In this document: positions 38,315 through 61,326 of the stretch, in pieces
Position numbering within the stretch: position 1 is the first letter of the stretch
Layout: every line of letters begins with the position of its first letter
Source of the DNA: Hormiphora californensis
Lineage: Eukaryota; Animalia; Ctenophora
Assembly (NCBI GenBank): GCA_020137815.1
Contig: CM035361.1
Coordinates: forward strand, 4,464,001-4,528,000
DNA length: 64,000 nt
Reading direction: 5' to 3'
Notes under the pieces: generated by a model
Database searches by the model: none
What the model saw: only the letters and a program-made list of their open reading frames with translations
Told to the model about the DNA's origin: nothing
Made by a program: the position numbers and the translations under genes

Positions 38315-40566
38315 AGAGAGAGATAGAGAGAGAGCTGAGAGGTGTGGTTGGAAAGAGATTGCTGTTTACTAAACTATAACTTACACTCAAATCTACGGAA
38401 AATTATCAAATCATAGCATGCTTAGATCTTAGCCAACTTTGTTTTGTTCAAGAAAGGAGGATCGAACAAGGCAAAGCCAACCATTGGACATTAGACAAAA
38501 GAATTTCATACTGGATCGCTCATATGATTTTAATGCCTTTCATCATGACAGTGTCCAATAAGGCGGAAAGGTTTGAAACTGGAAATTAACCTACCACTTA
38601 TTACGTAAAGAGTGCTGTTTACGTCTTTCCTCACGCTACATCCCACCTTAGAGGAGCAATGTTGGATTTGAAGTAGGTAGCATATTGTTGAATTGCCTGC
38701 AGAAGAGTTGTGTAAATACTAAATGTGGAGCAATTGAGGTTTTTGATACAATGAAATAGTGTTTATTTAGGACTGTAGACGACTCGGAGACTTATTTCAG
38801 GTTTTTGAAACTGGATATTTTCCAAATATAGAATTGAAATGGGAAAGAAGCCCAACAACAGATCTATAAAAATCAGGAACCGACCGAAATAAGTAAACAA
38901 CCAATCAGAACTCGTTATTTAGGTCACGTGACTGTTTATCAGCCAATCAGGGACCAGTATTTCCTGATTCGGTCGGTTCCTGATAAAAATACCTTGTTTG
39001 GTAACCTGAACAGCGTTAGGTTTACACAAGTCTTCCTTATTTCTTTCTTTACAAAATTCTTCGAAACACGATTCCTCGGAGAAGAGAATCCGCTGAAATA
39101 AAATTCTGGTAAATAAAATAAAATTTAGTTTGTATTCCTTGTAACGTCATTTAAGAAATCTAGACCCAGTTGCAGTTGAATTCTGTGATAGTTTGAAACT
39201 GTCTCAGTGCCATGATAAGCTGCTATTATCTCTCTAACACATAATCCTAATAATATATCGCATCTATGATAAACAGTTGGGTGATTGGATGACTGTTCAT
39301 TAGCCTCATATTTGATTGTCAGAGTTTTTGATATTATCTCTGACAGCCCAGAGAAAATATCAAAAACTCTGTCAATCTCTGATAAGCAGTTCGATACAGT
39401 TGAACATAGAGAGAGCTCTAACAAGTACATGCATGTTATTAGAGATCGTTAAGTGTAACATAATGTATCTCAAAACAAACAAATGTGATACTAGTGTTTC
39501 AACCTGCTGCACCAAGCTAACAAGCAGATATAATATGGATATTGGATACAAAATACACATTGATGGGTGACAAGTTCACTAAAACTGTGCATACATAATA
39601 TGGATACAGCCAGGGAGAGGTGAAGAGATGGCCAAAGATGGAGGTGAAGTGAAACAGAGAGAGGTGGAAGAGAGAATTGTACACTCGTGATTTTTCCGAC
39701 GTCTGTATCCTTTAGAATTTGAGAAGTTACCTGTTACTTACATTTTGATAGCAGTAACCACTAAACCGTGTAGGATCACTCAAAGCTGTATCGCTGTGTT
39801 TCGGAACCAGATCGATGCAAGAGGAGATTATGACATGGGGTAGGGAGGTTAGAAGGAACACGAACATGTTACCTTCCATCGTATCATGACATTGTTCCTG
39901 TTTTTGGGTAAATTTGGGTTATCTTGATTTCTTTTTGGACTTTAATAAAATATAAATTGGTAGTCCGCTCTTTCATTGTCCATTTTACGGTTCAGAACAA
40001 GTTCTGCTGTTAAAAATTCGCTTTCCCTAAGATAGGCGTCCCCTCTGTCATCCTGAACAGCCTTCGCTGATCGCTCCAGGAGGCAGGAGCCGAACTCCGA
40101 AGGCCTTAATTTGAGTATAAAACAAAAATGGGTATACAGCTCCGCGGAATAGGTAGGAATACATAGTACGTATGTATTAACAAATCATTGGTCTGCACTG
40201 TGTGGTTTCTTCTGACTTCTGAGGCTTGAATTCAGAAGGAAAACGTTAAAATCTGGGTGCCTTTCATTGCTAACAATTCGTAGTTTTGGCGCGCGCGACG
40301 GGTTAGGGCTATCCGTTAGGGTCTGGTTAGGGTTTGGTTTGGGGTTATCGGTTAGGGCTATCGATTCTCTTACAGATACCGTTTAGTTTACTCAAATTGG
40401 CCATGTGGTTGCGTGGCTATAGCCGTTTGAAAAAAGTCGGTCTAAGTGTACTCTTTTGGCAGCGCGCACCTGTAAACACGCCGCAAGGCGCCCAGTTTAT
40501 AATCGCGCCCAATTCAGAATTTTGAGGAAGAAGAATTATTTTTTGGCATACGTTGCAGGCCCCTTA

Positions 40567-41656
40567 TAAAGTCGGATTTTTTGAAACTGTCACCCCCCCC
40601 TGAGTTTTCAAATTTCTTTAAATGACCATAAGTCCGGTTCCTGATGAGATAGAGACTTGAAATTTGGAGGTTATAAAGATCTTGCTAAGTTCTTCCGAAC
40701 CTCCAAATTTCAAGTCTCTATCTTATCAGGAACCGGAGATAGGCAATTTTGCATTTGCGGGCATCGCACTTTAGACGCAGTACCCACGTACTATAGACGC
40801 ATTATAAACGCATTATAAACGCATTATAGACGCATTATAGACACACGCAATATAGACGCAATTTCGTAAGCAGCACTATAGACGCAATATAGACGCATTA
40901 TAACAGCAATATAAACGCATTTTTATAGACGCGACGCAGTATAGCCGCATTATAGGCGCACTACCCACCCCAAAATCACCTTATAGACGCACTATAGACG
41001 CATTATAGACTGACTATAGCAGCACCATAACGCTACATAGACCCATATAGACGCATGATAGAAGCATTATAGACGCAAATCACTTTTATAGACGCCGCGT
41101 CTATAAAAAACGTGCTTTTTTAAGAAGCACTATAGACGTACTCCAGGCTACAATGCGATATTTGAGGCGCAGTTGGGCGTTTTATAAACGCATCTTTGTT
41201 GCATATAAAAGGAAGCAGTATAGACGCATTATAGACGCAGTATAGCCGCATGTGTGCGAAATCGATAAAGACGTAATATAGACGCAAAATAAGAAGGAGA
41301 GGGAGAGCGAGGGAGGAGAGCGAAGGAGATGGAAAGGGGGAGGGAGGGATACAGGGACAGAGACAGATGGATAAACTTAAAGACCTGAGACAGACGGACA
41401 GAGTTTAAGATGGAGATAGAGAGTAAGATGGAGAGAGAGTGAGATAGGGACGGAGTGAGACAGAAAAAGACAGAGATGGACGGACTATCTCCCTCTCTCT
41501 CCATCTTAATCTCTCTCCATCTTAATCTCTGATCTCCATCTTAATCTCTCCGTCTGTCTCAGATCTTTGTGCATCTGCATCTCTGTATCCCTCCCTCTCT
41601 CCCTCTCTCCCTCTTTCCCTCTCCTTCCCTCTCCCTCCCTCCCTCCCTCCCTCCCT

Positions 41657-41700
<44 letters not shown>

Positions 41701-42323
41701 GATCTCCTTCTTATTTTGCGTCTATATTGCGTCTTTATCGATTTCGCTCACATGCGGCTATAATGCGTCTATAATGCGTCTATACTGCTTCCTTTTATAT
41801 GCGACAAAGATGCGTTTATAGTTCGCCCAACTGCGCCTCAAATATCGCAGCGTGCGTCTGAGTACGTCTATAGTGCTTCTTAAAAAAGCACGTTTTTTAT
41901 AGACGCGGCGTCTATAAAAAGCGATTTGCGTTTATAATGCTTCTATCATGCGTCTATATGGGTCTATGTAGCGTTTATGGTGCTGCTATAGTCAGTCTAT
42001 AATGCGTCTATAGTGCGTCTATAAGGTGATTTTGGGGTGGGTAGTGCGCCTATAATGCGGCTATACTGCGTCGCGTCTATAAAAATGCGTTTATGTTGCT
42101 GTTATAATGCGTCTACATTGCGTCTATAGTGCTGCTTACGAAATTGCGTCTATATTGCGTGTGTCTATAATGCGTCTATAATGCGTTTATAATGCGTTTA
42201 TAATGCGTCTATAGTACGTGGGTACTGCGTCTATAGTGCGATGCCCGCAAATGCAAAATTGCCCCGGAGATATGACAAATTTGTTATTTCAGGGGGGTGA
42301 CAGTTTCAAAAAATCCGACTTTA
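40567..42323. mobile_element. Short palindromic MITE (outer), split by an inner insertion
   Basis: TIR TAAAGTCGGATTTTTTGAAACTGTCACCCCCC and its reverse complement ending 42323; internal hairpin 40633-40738. Confidence 0.8.
40742..42263. mobile_element. Mutator/Foldback-like element with ~560-bp modular TIRs
   Basis: Ends GGCAATTTTGCATTTGCGGGCATCGCACT and its reverse complement; 9-bp TSD CCGGAGATA (40733-40741, 42264-42272); arms built from TATAGACGCA subrepeats. Confidence 0.9.
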
Positions 42324-43137
42324 ATATAATTGCGGGGGTGCGCGCATGAGGGGGCTGCAGCGCATTCCAAAATTATTTTTAAATTTGAAAAAACAAAAAA
42401 GACGATTTCGAAAATGCGACTGATAAAATTGAATGCACCGGAACACACCGATGCCGATATAACTTTTGTATGTAATGCGCGAAATTTAACACAGATATCG
42501 ATGCCGCGCGTCCTCATAGCGATATGCGCGGCTATGAGTTTTTTTGGACAACTTCGCGTTTGAATTTCGTGTTTTTTAATTTATTTTTTCCCTTTTTTGG
42601 TGTCTGTAACCGCCCGGTAAAGTCCATTTTTATTCAACTGTTCACCCTCCAACTCGTGCGCGTGCGATATTTTAATTTACACTGCGCGCGCTACACGTTA
42701 ACATGTGATAGACGCGCAAAACAATTCCGCGCACGACTTTGGGGGGTGAACAGTTGAAAAAAAATGGAGTATACCGGCGTGAGGCGTGCGATGCAAGCGG
42801 CACGCGTGCTGTAACGGTGCCTGAAACAGGGGTACTGCTGCAAAACAGATATGAGCTTAAGTTCTCCTGTTTTGAAGTTCACCGCTCGGCTGGACGTTCG
42901 TCGTTCGCCAAATTTGTACTATTCTTAGTAAGAGCAAGAGTAAGTAAAGTGCGAATGAAAAAAATCTGTAAAACTCAGTTTTCTGGGTCGTTAACCCTGT
43001 CACCTTACAGAAACTTGATTTCAACCTGCCCGGGACCCAGGTTGGAGTCAAGTTACCTAGTGGCTTCTGATTTTGTTTGATACTGTTCCTGGCACATGCG
43101 TGGTTGGCCTGGATGTTTATGCAATTATTTTGATAGC

Positions 43138-48731
<5,594 letters not shown>

Positions 48732-49347
48732 GAGACACCCAGTAGCAGGAAACGACCGAATCAGGTAATACTGGTACTCTGATTGGCTGATAACCAGTCA
48801 CGTGACCTTAAATAACGAGTTCACTTCTGATTGGTTGTTTACAAGTGTACGGTGAGAGGCACCCGGTATATATCCTGGATCATTGATCTCTTGGTGGGAA
48901 CATTATAATGCAATTGAGACTATTAATATACTTGTAGTGAGTTACATACTGTAGTGAGAATAGCTGAATATACTGTTCAGTTAGTTATAGAGAATATATA
49001 TTTGACTTAGTAACTGAGAGTGGAAGGGAGAGAAGACCGGAGCCCTCATTTTGCCTGTTGAAAGAGCTGAAATGAGAGCTGAGCTGTCAGAGCATTGGCC
49101 TGACCCTATTCTCATTTCGGAGCGCGCGAGAACTGTGGTCAGAGCATTGGCCTGACAGGAGCTGAGACAGAAACAATGAAATTAATTATTTACCCCATTA
49201 TATAAATTGACTTATCTGAACACACTTAACTTGAAATCAAATTGTGTTTTTCATTTCCCCTTTACCACCCACCCCCTTTATTTAATTAATTAACTAATTA
49301 ACCCCTAATTAATTGACTAATCGAATTTTAATTATGTAGTTTGTATC

Positions 49348-50645
49348 ATGACAATACCAAGAAGCCGTCTCAAGAATCTGATTCCACATTTTTTCCCGAC
49401 TAAAACTAATCCGATCCTTCGGCCCGTTGAAAAAGTAAGGCACAAATTAAAGTTCTTTTCTAATATTTTAGGTAACGGTTTATAACCTCAATCTTCACTT
49501 TGTTTTATTTTCAACATTTCTTGTTTTTACAGGTGTTCCCGCTGCGAGATAAACCCAAAGCGAGGATTCTTCTTGGTCGAGTAATACGAACAGAGAGTCC
49601 TAGGACATGCGTTGTCCAGGTAATTTCTATTAAATTACTATCCTATTAACTATTCAATTATTATTAAATTACTATCCAATTATCTCCAGCCCAAACCCTC
49701 GATCCTGATAAGATCAAACATTCTTCACTCATTCCCAGGGGTTGGTAACCTAGTTTTTACCTCCTCCCCTCGACCCTTGGTAATGAAATTACCCCTCTGT
49801 TATTATTGCTCGTGCAATAAAAGGGGTGACTTCGTAACCAACCTCGACCCCATACCTCCATCTCCCCTCCCCAACCTCCCCATTCCCAGGTTGAAAAAGC
49901 GGAGATGCACCCTGACGTCAGGAAGGTATACCAACACAAACACTGGATTCACGTTCACGATCCGTATCAGAAGTGTTACGTTGGTGATGAAGTTGTGATA
50001 CGACCAAGGGAGACTAGTCTAGGGCTGGAGTTCCAAGGTGACATGTTATTAGCACGTTTTAGGCACCTGAGATGAATCAATATTGTAGCTTTTGAATCAG
50101 GAATCCGACCGAATCAGGAAATACTGGTCCCTGATTGGCTGATAACCAGTCACGTGACCTAAATAACGAGTTCTGATTGGTTGTTTACTTGTTTCGGTCG
50201 GTTCCCGCTTCTAACATACACCCTATGTATTGCAGGTAAGCCGTATGAAGTAGCCCAGTTTATCAGCAGATCAGACGGTTACACAGATCACAACACCGGT
50301 ACTGTTCATACTCGGACTTCAAAGAGTGATACATCCTACAGGTACAGTATTAGGTTTTGTTATTTGAAATCTCGAGTTTTTCAGGTTTCATTCCACCTGA
50401 ATGAGTATACTTTTACCTTAAATACTCATTCCCATTGGGCGTAACATTGTTTTGTGCTTGAAAATAGTTGTCCAATCCAATATTCCACTATGTATCAGTC
50501 CACTACTAACTCTTCTTTCCCTCCTAGGATACCCGAGGGACGACCAGCGTACATGAAACACATGCTGTTTGCTGACAATCTCGTTGTAGCAAAGGGAAAA
50601 CGGGCAGTTCTAGAAAAAACGGCACACGGAGTGAGGAATGAATGA
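49348..50645 (+). CDS. MRPS17: Mitochondrial ribosomal protein uS17m, 5 exons
   Basis: Exons 49348-49434, 49533-49619, 49890-50037, 50236-50341, 50528-50645; S17 core ILLGRVIRTESPRTCVVQVEKAEMHPDVRKVYQHKHWIHVHDPYQKCYVGDEVVIR. Confidence 0.8.
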
Positions 50646-50903
50646 GGGAATTAGAGGACTCAATTTGAGGAATGAATGAGGAAAAGATAACTTTATAAAT
50701 TATTTACTGTTGTTTTTTTTAAGTTTCACTTTGGTAGAAGCAGAGATATTTATCACGCCTTACGATCCTCCCAGTCCCCCAAATCCCACAGTTTTGGGGC
50801 TCCAATATCACATTTCTAACTAATTTTTCGACACCCCTGACCCCTCTAATAAACTTTATGTTTATATTTGTTTAATTTCTCGACATGTTATAGCGCTATC
50901 AAG

Positions 50904-56412
<5,509 letters not shown>

Positions 56413-57209
56413 GAGTGATCCCCCAACCCCTCACGCGACCCTCTTCAGCTGACCCTCTTTGAAATCGACCCTCTGGCCTCTGCACTTGTTGAGTTTAACA
56501 CCTCTTCCCCTGATCCCGATTGTAGTGAATATGTATCGGACTCTATAAGTGAATAATTTAATGGGACGTTGAGACATGAACGGAGTAAAACATAAAGGGA
56601 CACTTTTTGTGATAAAGTTGGAATTGAAAACGATTCCGTGTCCCGTTTAAGTAGTGTTCGGGTTGTTTTTTTTTTCTTTTTATTATCGTCGTAGCTTAGT
56701 GTTTTTTGTAAATGTGGAATTATTCTTTATAAACAAATTTAATCAACGTCTGTTGATATCAAATTGTCGAATTTCGATTTAAATAGGTACATTGTGACCA
56801 TTTTTTAAAATTACCGTACCGTACTACTACCCATGTGTACAAGCTAAATTATAGCCGTCATGATATTGAACCGTTATTTAAATCGAGATTCGACGTTATG
56901 TTTGTAACTCAACACGATCCCTGTTATTGGTAACAGGTTTACCCCCGTCCCCTAACAGTAACACTCCTCAAATTGAGGCTCATTCACCTCACTCCATCTC
57001 ACTCGCCACCACCCCCCCGGCCCCCCCCCCCCCCCCCCTTGGCCACATTGATACCTGAGTGAGATCGATCTCACATACGGAGCGAGAATAGGTTGCAATG
57101 GAGCCAAACCCCCCCCCCCTTTATACTGCTGACAAAACACGGATATAACCAAAATAACTAATAAGAATTATCAACAATAACATAACAAAGTCCCTATATT
57201 GTTCACACA

Positions 57210-57758
57210 TTAGGATTGGGGCGTCGCCTTCTTAATAATCATTGGCCCCAAGTTATCTCCTGTCTCCGCATTGTGTGCTTTATGGGATCCGTCACAATAT
57301 GGGAACTGCAGGGGGAGGGGGAGTTGCTGAGTAAGGGGTGAAGGGGAAATGCAAGGGGGAGGGTGTTTTGAAGTTTAGGAAGCTGGGACGAAAAGGAAAT
57401 CAATCTTGTATCAAAACTCGGGCTTGGGAAATCAAATCCCAGATTTATCAAAGAAAATAATTAATTAAACGGTATGTACCTTCTTTGACTTCCAACATCT
57501 GCAAATTGCTACCTTTCCTTTCTCAGCTATCTCCTCTATATCCATCGACTGAATACACTGAAAAAGGAAACTATTTTGAAACCGTTTTGAAAGATTCAAA
57601 GTTTCAAATTTGAGAAATCCGTCCCAAATCTTAATTGGTACATTAAACTTGATTATTCCACTGGCACTTACACAGGCTTTGTCCTTTTCAAATTCAGTGT
57701 TCAGAATGAATTTCTGGCAGCATCCCTCTGGTACAGCTGTAGCTTCATTCGTGGCCAT
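57210..57758 (-). CDS. CDGSH iron-sulfur (NEET, CISD1/2-type) protein, 86 aa, 3 exons
   Basis: Exons 57758-57672, 57557-57480, 57305-57210: [86 protein letters not shown]. Confidence 0.93.
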
Positions 57759-58557
57759 TGTGGTGTTAGATATCTAGGGAGGGAGGTTGGTGGCATTGAC
57801 ACCTCGCAGTCAAAGCAGCGAGGTAGCAATGGTACCAAGGAGGGAGGGATTGAGTCACCGTCCGGGAGACTGGGAGAAAGAGAGATTCAGAATCTGGATC
57901 TCTCTCTTTCTCCCACGGTGACCCAATATCTCTCTGAATATCTGAATCAGAGAGAGATATCGAGGTTAGGCAAACAATGACATGGGCATTATGTCGGGTC
58001 AAGGAAGTAGTGTTCTGTACTTTAGAAGTTTTGAATTCAACAGAGATATTAAGCTGCAAGTTGGAACAATGATGTACTAGGAAAGAACAACAAAACTATG
58101 CAGCATTAACAAGCAAAGACGTGTTTTACACTACATTGCTCCCTCTGCCTATCTGACCTCTGTACATTTACAAGCATATGTGTGATACCCTGCAAAATCA
58201 ATTCGATGGACACTATTTATATTGCTATATGAGAATTGAGGCCCACGCATTTATAGTTGCCTAGCAGCGGGCTACCTCTTTTTGTGTACAACAACTTCCT
58301 GGAAATCACTTGTCTCACAAAAGACTACCCTCTCTGAACCAGGACAAGAAATGACCTGTTTATATACAGAAATGTGCCCGGAAAACTCCAAGCGGTAGAG
58401 CTCCTCTTACTCAGAAGAGCTCTACCGCTGTGTTTTTCTAGAATCCCAGGATGAGAGCGGGGTCCTATTAACTCCTTTCCCCATTTCCTATAATTCCCGA
58501 TTCCAAGTAGAACGGCTGGGATACAAAGGATCCCTTCTTTGATTCTCTCATGTCTCC

Positions 58558-58634
<77 letters not shown>

Positions 58635-58865
58635 ACAAAGCATGTTTGTTTAATCCAGTGGTCCCTTTGAAAACTTTTCTTTGCCTGTGTCACAGGATTC
58701 TCGGAAAATGGAAGGTGATGTTTACTGGGATTCCCGTGGCGGGAAACAAGATCACAGATCAAACGAGAATATGTAATAAAATAATAAATGACATTTCCAT
58801 AATCAAGAAAATAAGAATGTACAAAACAATTATATGCTTTGCAGATATACCCCCAATCAAATTTG

Positions 58866-61326
58866 AACTTTACAAAATTATACAAATCGAGTTTGGCTCG
58901 GTACTCCGAATTTCGACTCATCAGAGCCTGCTCTGCAGTCCCATTCCTAGAAAACAGGGGAGATCCAATACCTAGAAAATTTCCAAAGTCCACACATCCA
59001 CCCCATCCTCTGCACCTCATTTTCCACACATCCACCCCATCCTCTGCACCTCATTTTCCACACATCCACCCCATCCTCTGCACCTCATTTTCCACACATC
59101 CACCCCATCCTCTGCACCTCATTTTCCACACATCCACCCCATCCTCTGCACCTCATTTTCCACACATCCACCCCATCCTCTGCACCTCATTTTCCACACA
59201 TCCACCCCATCCTCTGCACCTCATTTTCCACACATCCACCCCATCCTCTGCACCTCATTTTCCACACATCCACCCCATCCTCTGCACCTCATTTTCCACA
59301 CATTCACCCCATCCTCTGCACCTCATTTTCCACACATCCTCTGCACCTCATTTTCCACACATCCACCCCATCTTCTGCACCTCATTTTCCACACATCCAC
59401 CCCATCCTCTGAACCTCATTTTCCACACATCCACCCCATCCTCTGTACCTCATTTTCCACACATCCACCCCAACCTCTGCACCTCATTTTCCACACATCC
59501 ACCCCATCCTCTGCACCTCATTTTCCACACATCCACCCCATCCTCTGCACCTCATTTTCTACACATCCACCCCATCCTCTGCACCTCATTTTCCACACAT
59601 CCACCCCATCCTTCTGCACCTTCCACTCGGGTAGCACCATGTTCTCAGGGCAGGGCTCCAGATTACAGAAACGTTGGAAACTCAGGCAAATTGCCCGGAA
59701 TATGAAGATGATCGCCACCACTAGAGCTAGTATCCAAATCTGTGTGGTGAATTAAATGGTAATTAATTGGGATCAGAGTTAGATGGTAATTAGTTGGGAG
59801 AATTAAATGGTAATTAGTAGGGAGAATTAGAGGGTAATTAGTTGGGATAATTAGAGGGTTTTTAGTTTGGAGAATTTCCCCACAATTAGAGCTATCAAAA
59901 CGCGGGGCCACTGTCAGGATAATCTCGGAAACCAAAAGGGCAGTCGGACCCCGATTTACCGGGATGCTCGGGGAAAGAGTTTTCCCGGTAAATCGGGGCC
60001 CCGTTCCATTATATACCGGATATATGGGGGGAGGGGTGTATCGACCATCGTGTACCTGTCCAGCGAAGTCGGGACAACACACCGTTTCCCCACTACTGTC
60101 GTGGCAACACTCTCCACTACAGCACATGGAATCCCCCAACGTAGTCCCGCAGCACTGCTCTTCCTGGAGAAGGGGGATATTTGGTAACATAGACACCTGT
60201 GCGGGGGTCGCGCCAGGTGTCTATGTTACCAAGGGGGATATGACGTCACTAAAATACCATAATGACGTCATATGAATGTGGGAAATCACACCAATTCCAA
60301 GCGGTTCTCACTGTGATAGTCACTGTAAGTGTACGCACGGCATTGGCCCTCAATTTTGGAAGTGGCTAGCCGCTAGAACTAGAAGATCATGGATTTGTTT
60401 AGTTGGGATGACTCTGTCAGGCCAATGTTCTGACAGGGATGACTTGGTAGTTTATTTTTCACCATACCTCATAGCAGCACTTTCCATGACAGCATTTACT
60501 TTGAAAGGAACAGCAGTACGGGACAATGGTGTGGAATTTCTGAAAATATAATGCGGTCATGTGATAAACTTTTGTGACAGCTTTCACTGTGTTGCCTGCC
60601 ACGGAGAATACCTTACTCTCGTTAATTAAGCTCGCATATTTCAAGAAACTTTTAAATAAGAAACTTTTTTTCTAGGAAACTACAGGTGTTAGCAATCCAA
60701 AAACAAAAAGAATTTCTCCTTTATCAAGAAACTAAACAAGTTAGGGGTGTTCTATTTTGTTGTGGCGTCCCTGAATTGTGTAATTTACATTTTAAAAGTT
60801 TCTTATAAAAAAGTTTCTTACTAAAGCGTTTCTTAAAAAACGAGAGTAAACTTTTGTCTTTATTTTCAAAACTGCATGGAAGTGGAACCTGCATTTCCCA
60901 CATACAGGTGTCTATGTGATCACCAGGAACCGACCGAAACGAGTAAACAACCAATCAGAACTCGTTATTTATGTCACGTGACTGGTTATCAGCCAATCAG
61001 GGACCAGTATTTCCTGATTCGGTCGGTTCCTGGTGTCTATGCATGATCACCATGGCAACTACCTCGCTTGTTCCTCTCACTCCAGGTAGCACAGCAAATC
61101 TCACGAGCACTGGCATCACAAAATGAGTCATCCGTTATGTTTCTGTAGGGGACATGTAACATAATTTTAGTGGCATATTCAAGAACACTGATTTTGTGTT
61201 AGCAGCAACAATCAATTCTAGTAGTCTATACAGTCAATACCTGAAGTGTAGTCCTATAAAATCACTACAGTACACAAACGCCTCCGAATAAGATATTAAG
61301 GTCAAGAAAACAATAAACCAGACCAT
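58866..61326 (-). CDS. Putative Cys-doublet-rich single-pass membrane protein (Shisa/CYYR1-like architecture)
   Basis: Signal exon 61326-61241; 61142-61063 (FCDASAREICCAT); ~60539-60468 (YCCSFQSKCCHGKCCYE); ~60163-60056 (QCCGTTLGDSMCCSGECCHD..VCCPD); TM exon ~59739-59620 (IWILALVVAIIFIFRAICLSF). The last exon is ambiguous (~58972/58947), and the phase between exons 2 and 3 is unresolved. Confidence 0.55.
58989..59620 (-). repeat. 34-bp minisatellite (~18 copies) anchored on a minus-strand splice donor
   Basis: Unit CACACATCCACCCCATCCTCTGCACCTCATTTTC; its reverse complement contains AG|GTGCAGAGGATGGGGTGG, matching the donor of the TM exon. Confidence 0.92.

Noticed and set aside
38430-40110. 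Possible minus-strand multi-exon gene (e.g. RILFSEESCFEEFCKERNK..., ORF 39125..39430)
   Set aside because: It has some plausible splice sites, but an in-frame stop near 39943 and no recognisable homology; no consistent model could be built.
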